From: Nitrospirota bacterium
GTDB taxonomy: Bacteria; Nitrospirota; UBA9217
Direction: 5' to 3'
Length of the DNA stretch: 64,000 nt
Assembly (NCBI GenBank): GCA_963840455.1
Contig: CAWIYV010000011.1
Coordinates: forward strand, 640,001 to 704,000
Positions 35,832 to 45,934 of this stretch are shown here, piece after piece. The translations under genes were made by a program, and so were the position numbers. Every line of letters begins with the position of its first letter. The stretch's first letter is position 1. The notes under the pieces are model-generated. The model was not told where the DNA came from. It made no database searches and saw only the letters and a list, made by a program, of their open reading frames with translations.

Positions 35832-36332
35832 ATGAAGACAATCATCTTGCTGTTCGGCTCCATCATTCTTCTCCAGGGTTGCATCTATCCGATTTCGGGG
35901 GATCTCGTTGCAAAAACAGACAGGACCGTCACCTTTGAAATACTGCAGGCTGACCCCGATCTTTATAAGGGGAGACTCATCATACTCGGCGGGAGTATCG
36001 CCGCGGTCACCAGCCTAGCGGAGGGTTCGCTGATCGACGTTTATCAGGCCCCCCTTGATTACTGGGGCAAGCCCATCCGCACAAATGGAGTAAAAGGGCG
36101 GTTTCTGATATATACGCTGGTGTATATCGATCCTGATGTCTATGCACCTGGCAGAGAGATCACCGTGGCCGGTGAAATAGAAGGGACCACACTGAAATTA
36201 TCGGAAAATTCGGAACTCACCAAATACACCTATCCCGTTCTTGTTTCAAAGGAGCTCAAGCTTTGGCCGAGAACGCGAGGCCCGGAGGAACCCGACTGGT
36301 GGGATCCGCTTTCCCCGATGTTGGGCAGGTAG
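35832..36332 (+). CDS. Slp-family outer membrane lipoprotein
   Basis: LQGC lipobox, GRF...DPDVYAPGREITVAG, YTYPV...LKLWP. Confidence 0.88.
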   Translation: MKTIILLFGSIILLQGCIYPISGDLVAKTDRTVTFEILQADPDLYKGRLIILGGSIAAVTSLAEGSLIDVYQAPLDYWGKPIRTNGVKGRFLIYTLVYIDPDVYAPGREITVAGEIEGTTLKLSENSELTKYTYPVLVSKELKLWPRTRGPEEPDWWDPLSPMLGR

Positions 36333-36486
36333 CAGGTGTTGTTTACAACAGCAGTATACTAAAGACTGGCTTATTTCATTACGCGAATACCGTGCAGCAT
36401 CCAAACGCTGGGTACGAAACTCCGTCTACGCTTACCTCGGTTCAGGACAGCGCAGGGTTTAAAAGAACGCAAAATAAGGTCATCCC

Positions 36487-37251
36487 ATGCACAACGTACG
36501 TGCCATCCTCTATAAAGCTATCCCCCTTTTCCTGATTGCCACCGTCATTGCTGTCGGAGATGAGGGGCTCGTGGCGGAAGAAACGCCCCCCGCCGCCCGG
36601 AAGGTCCAGGCCATTGTGAGTAAGATCGTTCATGCCTACGGAGGGAAGGCTGTCCTCGAGAAGAATGGATCGCTCACCGCTAAGGGGGTGATCGAATCGC
36701 CCCTTTACGAGGGACCCGCAGAATACTCGTTCTTCATCAGGCGTGACCGCAGGCTCCGTGTCGAGACGCGGTCAGGCAACTCGTTAGAGGTGCGGATATT
36801 GGATGCTAAGCATGGCTATTACCGGACGACTGACTCTCCCCTGACCGAGGTCTCGGGACCCCAATTCCTTTCCATGGTCTATCAGTTCAAAGAGCTCACC
36901 ATGCCCTATCAGCTCATGACCAAGGCATTCACGATCACTGATGAGGGCAGGAGCACCTTACAGGGCGCACCGGTGCTCATCCTCATGCTCAGTGACAAAG
37001 AAGGTCCTCCCATGACATTGTACATCGACATGAAGAACTACCGGATCGTAAAGGATTCAGGGACGTTCTCGATGGGCGGGGTGGAAACGGAACTTTCATC
37101 TGAATTTCATGACTTCAGAAAAGTGAATGGCAGGCTGCTGCCCTTCCGGGTTGTCAATTATGCCGGAGGACAAAAGGTTGGAGAAATCCGTATCCGCGAT
37201 TACCAAGTGAACCCTAAGCTACCGGATTCATTGTTTGTTCCGGGTGAATAA
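36487..37251 (+). CDS. Exported hypothetical protein, LolA-like fold suspected
   Basis: Signal peptide, AYGG, DFRKVNG.LLPF, NPKLPDSLF. Confidence 0.65.
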   Translation: MHNVRAILYKAIPLFLIATVIAVGDEGLVAEETPPAARKVQAIVSKIVHAYGGKAVLEKNGSLTAKGVIESPLYEGPAEYSFFIRRDRRLRVETRSGNSLEVRILDAKHGYYRTTDSPLTEVSGPQFLSMVYQFKELTMPYQLMTKAFTITDEGRSTLQGAPVLILMLSDKEGPPMTLYIDMKNYRIVKDSGTFSMGGVETELSSEFHDFRKVNGRLLPFRVVNYAGGQKVGEIRIRDYQVNPKLPDSLFVPGE

Positions 37252-37261
37252 AGGAGCCGGA

Positions 37262-38113
37262 TCAGAAGTTGCCTCTTACGAGAGCGTCGACAATCGTTTT
37301 GATATTGTCCGAGGGGACGATATCGGGCGCGCGTTTGCTCATCCTGCGCACGATCTTCGTCCATTCCGTGCGGTCGAAATGCCGGCGCTCGATGTCCTCG
37401 GTAACATGGCAAGCTGAACAATAGCGGCCGACCAACGACGTCCCGGACACCGGCGCGGAGGTTTTCGGAACACGTGTCGCCTGCAAATAATCGAGGACTT
37501 GGCCTGCCTCGTCAGGGCTGATCCGCGGTTGAGCAAGCTTGACCATGCGTGTGACGATTGCCTCCCACTCCTTCGGCTTGCGCGGGGTCAGGATGTCCCG
37601 TAGTGGATGGCAAACGGAACATCTCGTGATGAAAAGCTCCAGACCGAGCCGTGGGTCCTCCATTTTGCCGGGAAGCGTCCTGTGTGAGATATATGGCACA
37701 CCGCGGAACGCCTGCAGCAGGTAGTAACCGGCCGTTATGCCCACAAGGACGAAACCCGCCAAGTAAATAGAGACACCGAAAACAAAGAGATGCTTGGACA
37801 GACCCGGGAACAGCCGCGGGATCGCGATCTTGACGCAAAGAAGCACGAACAGGCTGAACGCCAGGGTGACATGGATCGCAATGCGCGCAGGCGCTGTCTC
37901 CCAGTACCGCTCGATCCTTCCGACCATCACGACCAGCAGGATCAGGTACAGGACCGCGAAGCTCCAACCCATAACGCGATGGACACGCGTTGCAAACTCC
38001 GGACGGGCAAATTGCTTTCCCCCTAGTTTCCCCAACATGATGACAAGGGAAACACTTCCTGCTAAGACAAATAACAGGGACAAGATCGTGGTTGCCATCG
38101 GCGACAAGTTCAT
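37262..38113 (-). CDS. Membrane-anchored di-heme cytochrome c
   Basis: About four TM helices with His, then CSVCH and CSACH in two repeated domains. Confidence 0.8.
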   Translation of the reverse strand: MNLSPMATTILSLLFVLAGSVSLVIMLGKLGGKQFARPEFATRVHRVMGWSFAVLYLILLVVMVGRIERYWETAPARIAIHVTLAFSLFVLLCVKIAIPRLFPGLSKHLFVFGVSIYLAGFVLVGITAGYYLLQAFRGVPYISHRTLPGKMEDPRLGLELFITRCSVCHPLRDILTPRKPKEWEAIVTRMVKLAQPRISPDEAGQVLDYLQATRVPKTSAPVSGTSLVGRYCSACHVTEDIERRHFDRTEWTKIVRRMSKRAPDIVPSDNIKTIVDALVRGNF

Positions 38114-38213
38114 GTTTCCTCCCTTGAAGCGCACAACCCTCTGCTATATTCCCGGATGCCCTCCGGACCGACGGTATTGATGACCGGTGCCCGGGTAGGA
38201 GGGTCGGGAACTA

Positions 38214-39473
38214 TCATTGCGGCTGTTCTCCCTCCATGAATTCGATCGCGCGAAGCAATTGCCGGTCCTTCTTTGCGCGCAACTCTTCGGAGGTCATGTG
38301 CCGTTCCGCTTCCGGGAGCAAAGGCGATGCACCTACGGGAAGCGAAATTTTGATATCGGGCGTGATGCCCTTGTGCCAGATCGTGCGGCCCTTCGGGGTA
38401 AGCCATTCCAGGAAGGCGAGTTGCACTGCCGATCCGTCGGAGAGCGGGATGGTTTTCAGGACCGTACCTGTTCCGAAGGTGGTTTCCCCCACGAGCGTCG
38501 CGCGCAGTGCATCCTGGAGTGCTCCTGCAACGATCTCCGCCGCACTGGCGGTCCCGGCATTGATGAGAACGGCAAGAGGAAGACCGCTTCTTTTGACACC
38601 GCTTTCAAGGGGAACGGACCGTACCTTGCCATGAGCGTCCTTTTCAATCAACGCATTGCCTTCCTTCAGAAATTGACTCGCCACGCCAACTGCCATGTCC
38701 AGGAGGCCGCCAGGATCGTTCCGGAGATCGAGAACCAGCCCTTTTGCTCCCATCCGCTCAATATCAACGAGCGTTTTTTCCAGGGCCTTGGACGTTCCAT
38801 CGCTGAAAAGCGCGATCCGCACATGCGCCAGATCGGTACCCGGGAGCATCTGCCAGGTAACACTGCGGAGCGATATGTTCGCGCGGATGATTTCGACTGT
38901 TCGTTCCTGCCCGTTTGTCGGGTTCATGATTGTCAGCGACACCCTTGTTCCGGCAGGGCCCTTGATTCTGCCGATAACCTGCTGTATCGGCAGGCCTTCC
39001 ACGCTGCGGCCGTCAACCCGCATGATCACATCGCCCGGGTGAAGTCCGGCCTTCTGCGCTGGTGATCCGTCCATGGGCGCAACAATCACCAGCTGTTTGT
39101 TTTTCACCTGAAGCTCGGCGCCGATACCGGCGAATTCGCCGCGTTCAATGCTTCGTTCGGCCTGCACCATGTCCGGGGTCAGAAAGACGCTGTGGCCGGT
39201 GTCGCCCAGGGAGGCCACCATACCGTCGATCGCGCCGTAGGCCATCGTCTTCGTTTGCACCGCGGACCGGTCGACGTAGTGCTGCTCAATGGCATTCCAG
39301 GCTTCCGCCATCAAGTTAAATTGAGGGACAGCTTGCTTCGGGATTGCCGTTGATGGATAAGGATCACCAAAAATATAGTTGTGCAGAAGAGCTCCTAGAA
39401 AGATCCCCACGATAAGCGGAAGGAGCGAGTTGGAAAGACCTTTTCCATTGTCGAGCCGATGTTCTTTGTCCAT
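38214..39473 (-). CDS. S41 carboxy-terminal protease (CtpA-like)
   Basis: DLRNDPGG, TASAAEI, PDZ domain. TFGTG stands where TFGKG is usual. Confidence 0.92.
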   Translation of the reverse strand: MDKEHRLDNGKGLSNSLLPLIVGIFLGALLHNYIFGDPYPSTAIPKQAVPQFNLMAEAWNAIEQHYVDRSAVQTKTMAYGAIDGMVASLGDTGHSVFLTPDMVQAERSIERGEFAGIGAELQVKNKQLVIVAPMDGSPAQKAGLHPGDVIMRVDGRSVEGLPIQQVIGRIKGPAGTRVSLTIMNPTNGQERTVEIIRANISLRSVTWQMLPGTDLAHVRIALFSDGTSKALEKTLVDIERMGAKGLVLDLRNDPGGLLDMAVGVASQFLKEGNALIEKDAHGKVRSVPLESGVKRSGLPLAVLINAGTASAAEIVAGALQDALRATLVGETTFGTGTVLKTIPLSDGSAVQLAFLEWLTPKGRTIWHKGITPDIKISLPVGASPLLPEAERHMTSEELRAKKDRQLLRAIEFMEGEQPQ

Positions 39474-39513
39474 GAGAATCCTTTCGCGCTGTCAGCTTGG
39501 GGGAACCACCCCG

Positions 39514-41922
39514 TCATGTTCTTGAAATTCCCACAGTATAGTCAATGCCGTCCCATCTCGCCTGATCAGTCCAATAGATGGTGAAAAAAATCATGCCGCC
39601 GGCGGAAAGGCCGATCGAAGGCAGATCCGCAACGTGAACGTCGAGCCCGGTATCACGGGTCGGGATATCCTGTGCTGCCTGCCAGTTATCCGCGCTCCAG
39701 TGGATCACAGCCGGAGCGAGCACTTCGATGCGCAATATCCTGCCCGCCTTCATGGTGCGGATCTTGTGGTTAAAACGCCATATTGCATGGAGCGGGGCTT
39801 TCTTCTCGACCTGGTAGCGCCGTACGGTCTGGGGAGGCATGCCGAAGACCCTGTTGTCGCGGAGGGACCGCAGCAGCGTGACATATTCAGCGTGAGCCCA
39901 CACGAGCGGCATGGCCGAGCCCGACGGCCTGCCGAAAAAGAGCTCCCTTCCCGGAATGTCCCCTTCGTCCCAGACTTGCTCGGGGATGAGACCGCCGGCA
40001 TTCGCGGAAAACGCCAGGACGCGAAGAAGTTTCTCTGCTTCGCTCCTCCTGCCTGCCGCGAGCTCATAGTGCGCCCGCTCGCCCGCGATCAGGGGCCATG
40101 CCCTCCCGATGCCGGTGCCATCGAAAGGAGAACCGTCCGCGTGTTCTCCATACCCGTCGTCATTGTACCGGTGCCAGAGCGGACCGTAGGACATATCGAC
40201 CTTGAGCAGGGAATCGATGACCCTGACGGTGTTCAGGACCCGGGGATCATCGGCTCGTCGAAGCCCGAAGCGAACGAGCGCGAGGGCATCGGGACTCACG
40301 ATCTCTGCAGCGGGCAGACTGCTCTGGCCCGGCGGCCGATTCTTGATCGTCACAAAGCCGGACGCCGGCGACGATGCGTCGGATATCTCGGGAGGAGCGA
40401 TCCTGACATAATGGCCCTCCACTCCCGCATGCTTTGCGAGGTCAGTCCCTTTTACATAGATCCACCGTTCGATGTTTTCGTTCCAGAAGTCCGCAGTCTC
40501 GCGCAGATAGATCGCGACTTCCGGCTCCTGAGCGAACTCCGCCAGATCGGCAGCACAGAGCAGGGCCGCAATCTCCGCTGCGAGTGTAAAGGGGGAGTAG
40601 CCCGGGTCCTCCTCCCACCGGTCCTGCTGCGTCACCGGTCCGTTCTGGACGATAAAGGTCGCCGCCCGTTTCACCATGGGCCACAGCCGCTGCTGCTCTC
40701 CCTGGTCAAGCGCTTGTTCCCTCCGCGCAAGATCGACGAGCAGGATCGGGAGCGCCGTTTCATCCATCTGGATCCCGCCCCAGTAAGGAGTGCCGTCGAG
40801 CCACATGTTCTGAGGCCAATGGCCATCCGCTTCCTGCGTGGATTGCAGATAATGGAGCACCCTTCGCGCGTCCTCGTGCGCTCCTGCCGCCAGGAGCCCC
40901 GAGGCGGTCTCCACAAGATCGCGGGGCCAGGCAAGATGATAGCCGCCCAGATCGTCGTCGCCTTTGGAAAAACCCCAGGGCACCGAGAGGCTCGCGATCA
41001 GACCTCCGGGAGCGTCCTTTGCCTCGTGGGTACGCATGACAGCCGTGCTGGTCCGGTATATATCGCGAGCACCCTCTTTTTCTTCGGAAAGCGGAAAAAG
41101 TCCATGCTGCCATGCCTGCCACTCGCTGACGTAGTCCTTTTTTGCACGGTCGAAGCCGTCGGACAGGCTCGCTAAAGCGCGGTTTCCTGCCTCCGCAGCA
41201 TTTCTACCGAAGCCGAGGGCAAGCGTAAATGCTCCCTGCGCAGCCTGATGATCGATCTCTCCCACGAGAGCGATATTGCCGTTCTCCGCCCTGTTATAGG
41301 TCCAGGCCATCCGTTTATGCTGTGAAAGATCCTGCCATCCGTCGGAAAAACCGACAAAACCCACGGACCGATTGAGCCATGGCGCCGAGCAGGCAAGAGC
41401 GAGCGTTATCCCCGCCCGTTCGGCAAAAAGCATCGGCACTCCCTTGTAGTCGCCGAGCCAGCCCGTGTTTCCCGAACCCCCATTCGCAATGTGCGGAGCA
41501 AGAAGAACATAGATCCGGTATGTTTCCATCGTTCCCTGAAGCGGCACGAAACGCGTCTGCTGGAGCAGCACCTCACGCCACGGATCGGTCAATATCTCCT
41601 TCTCGGTCTTATACCGGTCGTCGAGGCTCCTATTTTCGATGCGATAGGCAGGGACGCCCGGCGACGGTTGGCTGATCATGCTCCTGGTATTTCGTTTCTC
41701 TTCGGAGAAATACTCCGCGCCGTCGGTCACGATCAGCCCCATGTCGCGGGTGCATGCCTGGTCAATGCGGGGATAGTAGATCTCGTTCACGATGCCGTGG
41801 CTCACCGTGAACCAGATGCGGCTCGCGGGGTTCAGGGATGTGCCCACGCCGTCCTTAGCGCTCGACGTCCATCGAGACAGGATCCCGGGCCAGCCGGGAG
41901 CGTTGCGACATCCTTTACTCAT
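39514..41922 (-). CDS. GH15 glucoamylase/glucodextranase
   Basis: GGYHLAWPRD, QDRWEE, IPEQVW, SAMPLVWAHAE. Confidence 0.93.
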   Translation of the reverse strand: MSKGCRNAPGWPGILSRWTSSAKDGVGTSLNPASRIWFTVSHGIVNEIYYPRIDQACTRDMGLIVTDGAEYFSEEKRNTRSMISQPSPGVPAYRIENRSLDDRYKTEKEILTDPWREVLLQQTRFVPLQGTMETYRIYVLLAPHIANGGSGNTGWLGDYKGVPMLFAERAGITLALACSAPWLNRSVGFVGFSDGWQDLSQHKRMAWTYNRAENGNIALVGEIDHQAAQGAFTLALGFGRNAAEAGNRALASLSDGFDRAKKDYVSEWQAWQHGLFPLSEEKEGARDIYRTSTAVMRTHEAKDAPGGLIASLSVPWGFSKGDDDLGGYHLAWPRDLVETASGLLAAGAHEDARRVLHYLQSTQEADGHWPQNMWLDGTPYWGGIQMDETALPILLVDLARREQALDQGEQQRLWPMVKRAATFIVQNGPVTQQDRWEEDPGYSPFTLAAEIAALLCAADLAEFAQEPEVAIYLRETADFWNENIERWIYVKGTDLAKHAGVEGHYVRIAPPEISDASSPASGFVTIKNRPPGQSSLPAAEIVSPDALALVRFGLRRADDPRVLNTVRVIDSLLKVDMSYGPLWHRYNDDGYGEHADGSPFDGTGIGRAWPLIAGERAHYELAAGRRSEAEKLLRVLAFSANAGGLIPEQVWDEGDIPGRELFFGRPSGSAMPLVWAHAEYVTLLRSLRDNRVFGMPPQTVRRYQVEKKAPLHAIWRFNHKIRTMKAGRILRIEVLAPAVIHWSADNWQAAQDIPTRDTGLDVHVADLPSIGLSAGGMIFFTIYWTDQARWDGIDYTVGISRT

Positions 41923-43024
41923 GTGACCACTCCAATACGACCTTGATCTCATCCGTTTCATGGCGCGTTAATGCCTGCTGAAATTCCGTGTAAGGGCGGC
42001 TGTGAGAAATGAGGCGCGTCACATGGTCTCCCCAGGCGAGCCGCGCACGAAGGAGGTCGTCAACAGCCATTTGAAAATGATCGCGGGAAGCATTCACACT
42101 TCCGATCATCACCTGATTGCCGAGCACAAGCCTTCGTATCAGTTCGGCGCCATCGAGCTGAAGAGGCCGGTCCCCGCCGGGAATGCCGGTGAGAACATAG
42201 ACGCCGTTCTTGCCGAGCGCGTCGAGCAGGTTGAACTCGAGCGCAGCCACACCGGTTGCCTCAAGGATCAGGTCCATCTGCCCGAGTTCGCGTTCGACCC
42301 TGTCAGGAGGAATCTTCCGGCCGTCGACGTAGCTGCCGCCAATATGGGCAAGCCATTGCGGACGGGCGCTGTCCCTATCCACGACATCGAGGCCGTAGAC
42401 CGTTGCCCCGCGCAGGCACAAAGCGAGCGCCGCAAGAAGCCCGATGGGCCCCAGGCCCGCCACGAGGCAGCGGCGGCCGTGGAGCCAGTTGGGTGTTGCC
42501 GCAGCTTCGGGAAGGCGTGCTGATTGGATGCGGACGGACTCGTCGATGGCCTTCTCAGCTACTGAAAGGGGCTCGGTTAGCACGCCCGCGGCTCGCAGAT
42601 CATCGGGGACGCGGACAATGTACCGCTCCCTGTCCACGGCATATTCGGTCTGATACCCGTTCAATCCCCAGATGCCCCGCTCATGATAGTTGCCGGTCAG
42701 GCACATGTCCGAGCGGTTCATCATGCAGGGCAGACATTCACTGCAGCCGCGGCGCACCGTGAACACAGCATAATCGCCCGGCTTCACCCGGGTCACGGCC
42801 TTCCCGGTCTCGACGACCCGGCCGAACATCTCATGGCCTATCACCAGCTCTTTTTGTTCACGGGGGACTAAGGCCCGCCCCCCCGACGCCTCTTCGCGGT
42901 CCGTGCCGCAGATGCCCACGCGAAGAATGCGCACTTTCACATCATCGGGAGAAATGACTGACGGTTCAGGAAGATCTATCAGCCTGATCACAGATGATCC
43001 AGGGGTGAGTGCGATCGCTTTCAT
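41915..43024 (-). CDS. Zn-dependent glucose 1-dehydrogenase
   Basis: GICGTD, GHE, TVRRGC..C..C...RSDMC, GLGPIG, GSVNA. Confidence 0.88.
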   Translation of the reverse strand: MKAIALTPGSSVIRLIDLPEPSVISPDDVKVRILRVGICGTDREEASGGRALVPREQKELVIGHEMFGRVVETGKAVTRVKPGDYAVFTVRRGCSECLPCMMNRSDMCLTGNYHERGIWGLNGYQTEYAVDRERYIVRVPDDLRAAGVLTEPLSVAEKAIDESVRIQSARLPEAAATPNWLHGRRCLVAGLGPIGLLAALALCLRGATVYGLDVVDRDSARPQWLAHIGGSYVDGRKIPPDRVERELGQMDLILEATGVAALEFNLLDALGKNGVYVLTGIPGGDRPLQLDGAELIRRLVLGNQVMIGSVNASRDHFQMAVDDLLRARLAWGDHVTRLISHSRPYTEFQQALTRHETDEIKVVLEWSHE

Positions 43025-44289
43025 GGATGAACCTCCTTGTGTTCATGATCTGCCGGGGAGGAAGCAAATCGTGTACCAGCAAGCACGATGAGGCCAGCGC
43101 CGACGCCGATGATCCCCATCATGGGAATCGCGGCATAACCCCATCGATTCGCTGCCCATCCTCCCAGGGCCGCCCCGATAACGCCGGACAGCGCGGTGAC
43201 CGCGTTAAAGACGCCCATTCCCTCCCCCTCGTTCTTCGGCGACAGGCCGGCAACCAGTGCCGTGCTGCTCACGCTGAGCAAAGACCATGCAAGCACAACG
43301 AATAAAAAGAACGACAGGGCAAGCCAACCGCGTCCTGGCACGGATAGGACTGCCAGCATGGTCAACACAATAAAAGCTACGATACGAAGGACCAGCGCGT
43401 CCCGGAGGAGGGGCAGCGGCCCCCTCTGCGCAGACCACGTCCCCGCCGGAGCATAGAGGATGAGTCCCAGACCGGCAGCCAGGGCATATCCTGTTGACGA
43501 CAGCCCCGGCTGCACCCCGTAGACCTTCTGCATTAAGACAGGATAGAAGGAAAAGAATGCCGCGCTGCCTGAAAAACTCATTAGCCAGGCGATCAAAAAA
43601 AGACCGAAGGACGTCTTCAACGGCGTGAGGAGCATCCTTATGCCCTGCAGGCTCAGATGGTGAAAAAGATGCTGGGGTGAGCCGGCAGGCCACTCTGCAT
43701 GGTGCACGGGGTGTGAGAGCAGGGGCCGGCGCTGCAGGGGAGCAGCCGGCACCCGGTGCGTTCCAATCAGGGCAGGAATAATCGCGCCAATTCCTATCCC
43801 ACCGGCCAGCCAAAGACCGGCATCAGGCCTGCTTTGACCGATCACTCCCGCGAGCACCAGTCCTACGACCTGACCGCCACCGTAAAAGGTCTGGAGCCAG
43901 CCGATGCGTGCGCCCCACTCCGACTCCGGATGGACCTCGACGATAAAAAGGTTCGCGACCGTCGAGGCCGCTGCCAGACCGATGCCCGACAGGAGTGCCA
44001 GCCCGGTCCGAAGGAATAACGACAGAGCGAAAGGGAAGACGGCTGCTCCGAGAGCAGTCCCGAAAAGACCGCCTATGAGCAGCTGTCGATGCATGCGAAA
44101 GCGGTCGGCAAGTCCGCCCCAGACCGGCGCCGTGAGACCTCCCATGCTGAATGTCGCCATGACAAGGCCAATGTCCGCTGCTCCGCCGGTCCGACCGATC
44201 AGAATGGGCAGCAGGATCGGGACCAGCCCAGCCGCGGTCATGCCGAGCAAAGCATACGAAATGTACCAGCGTTCAATCCACTTCATCAA
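43021..44289 (-). CDS. MFS transporter
   Basis: About 12 TM; WGGLADRF motif A. Confidence 0.88.
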   Translation of the reverse strand: MMKWIERWYISYALLGMTAAGLVPILLPILIGRTGGAADIGLVMATFSMGGLTAPVWGGLADRFRMHRQLLIGGLFGTALGAAVFPFALSLFLRTGLALLSGIGLAAASTVANLFIVEVHPESEWGARIGWLQTFYGGGQVVGLVLAGVIGQSRPDAGLWLAGGIGIGAIIPALIGTHRVPAAPLQRRPLLSHPVHHAEWPAGSPQHLFHHLSLQGIRMLLTPLKTSFGLFLIAWLMSFSGSAAFFSFYPVLMQKVYGVQPGLSSTGYALAAGLGLILYAPAGTWSAQRGPLPLLRDALVLRIVAFIVLTMLAVLSVPGRGWLALSFFLFVVLAWSLLSVSSTALVAGLSPKNEGEGMGVFNAVTALSGVIGAALGGWAANRWGYAAIPMMGIIGVGAGLIVLAGTRFASSPADHEHKEVHP

Positions 44290-44494
44290 TTCCCCGAAGG
44301 CATTCTTATTGAATTATATATCCATCTCTCTTTCTTCGCAGGCTATCAGCTTCTCCGCCCGGGTCGTCCTCGCGATTTGAACGTCATATACCGTTGATGC
44401 CGAATAATCCTATCCAGCGGTCGCGTCAGCCGAGAGGAACGCCAGCGGGCAGACTGCTGGTTCGACTCACCATAGAATGACCGCTCGATACCTT

Positions 44495-45934
44495 CTAGTG
44501 CCCTGCGGTATCAGCGCCATTCTTCCTTCCCTGCCTGACGCCAGCTTCTTCAAGAATGACGTCACTAATGTGTCCGTACTTTCCTTCGAAATGGTGTCCT
44601 CCGGGCATCCGAATGACCTTTGCCACGCCTTGTCCAAGCAGGGGGCAGAGGCTGTCCGCTTCCTCTGCCCCGTAGAGACAAACCACATTTCTGCCCCTCA
44701 GTTTTTCTACTTCCGGCAAAATCGGCCTTGCAGACTCGCCACCTGAATATCCCAGCCACTCCGAGAAATGGAATTCAAACTCCGTTTTCCTGGCCGGACC
44801 CAGAAGGACGATCTCACGCACATGGTCCAGGAGGTCCTTCGGCAAACGGTTCGCCATAAAGGGAAGTACGTCCGCACCAAGGGAATAACCGACCAGAAGG
44901 ACGTTGTTCCTGTTCCATATGCGCTCATAGTGCCGCAGTATCCTGGCGAGGTCTTCTGAAGCACCTTCGGGCGTTCGCCTGGTCCAAAAATATTGGAGGG
45001 CGTTCAGTCCAACTACGGGGATGCCACGTTCGGCGAGTGTAGTTCCCACTTCCCGGTCCAAACCTGCCCAGCCGCCGTCTCCGGATATGATGACGGAGAA
45101 CAAGTCCGACCGGTCACCCTGCACCGGGACCTCCACGAGGGGCAGGTCGTCCAAAGAACCGCTCGCTGTGGTAGTCATTTCTTTTCCATCAGCGAGCTGG
45201 TCAAAAGCTTTCCTAAATTCGGGGAGCCAATGTCTTTCCACAGAAAATCCATGCCCCACGGAGGGAAGTACAACTATGTGGGAATCGGGAACACGCCGCA
45301 TGAACGATCGCGCCGCTTCAGCGTTACAGACCCTGTCGATCTCGCCCTGTAGAACGGTCCAGGGCGTCTCTAGTTTACGGTCTGGCAGGAATATCGTTTT
45401 TTTAGCATCAGGCTCTTGCTTCGATACCAGCCCATAACCGCGGCACAGCGGCTTTCGCATCGCAAGGTCGGGACAGAATCCCAAGCTGATGCCTCCCTGA
45501 AAGGTATTCGGCGGAGCCTGTGCCAGAACGGCATAGACCAGCGTCGCGCCGGATGAGTAGCCAACAAGAATTGGAAGCTTATACCGCGGGAGATCCAGCC
45601 GTTTCTGTACGTACTTGCTGAGGGCCTCAAAGTCAGCTGCCGGATAGATGCATCTGTCCCTTGATGTTTCAAGGTTGTGAAGATAACGCGTGATATCCAC
45701 ACCTGCGACAACACAGCCAAGCCTGACGAGCGCGCGAGTCATCTCCACTACTCCCTTGTTCCATCCGCCGTCCCCGGAGACGAAGATCACCACGGCACGC
45801 GGTTGCGCCACCTCCCGGTACAGGAAGACCCTCCCGAAGGGTCTGAAGTTAAATGACTCCGCCTCAGCATGAACGAAGTCACAGCAAACCAGGACCAGGG
45901 TTGCGGTAAGCAAGATAACGAATAATCTCTTCAT
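44495..45934 (-). CDS. AcvB/VirJ-family aminoacyl-phosphatidylglycerol hydrolase
   Basis: Two SGDGGW motifs, GYSLGAD, GGHHF. Confidence 0.9.
   Translation of the reverse strand: MKRLFVILLTATLVLVCCDFVHAEAESFNFRPFGRVFLYREVAQPRAVVIFVSGDGGWNKGVVEMTRALVRLGCVVAGVDITRYLHNLETSRDRCIYPAADFEALSKYVQKRLDLPRYKLPILVGYSSGATLVYAVLAQAPPNTFQGGISLGFCPDLAMRKPLCRGYGLVSKQEPDAKKTIFLPDRKLETPWTVLQGEIDRVCNAEAARSFMRRVPDSHIVVLPSVGHGFSVERHWLPEFRKAFDQLADGKEMTTTASGSLDDLPLVEVPVQGDRSDLFSVIISGDGGWAGLDREVGTTLAERGIPVVGLNALQYFWTRRTPEGASEDLARILRHYERIWNRNNVLLVGYSLGADVLPFMANRLPKDLLDHVREIVLLGPARKTEFEFHFSEWLGYSGGESARPILPEVEKLRGRNVVCLYGAEEADSLCPLLGQGVAKVIRMPGGHHFEGKYGHISDVILEEAGVRQGRKNGADTAGH

Noticed and set aside
39634-41175. 513-aa plus-strand ORF
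   Set aside because: Antisense shadow of the GH15 gene.
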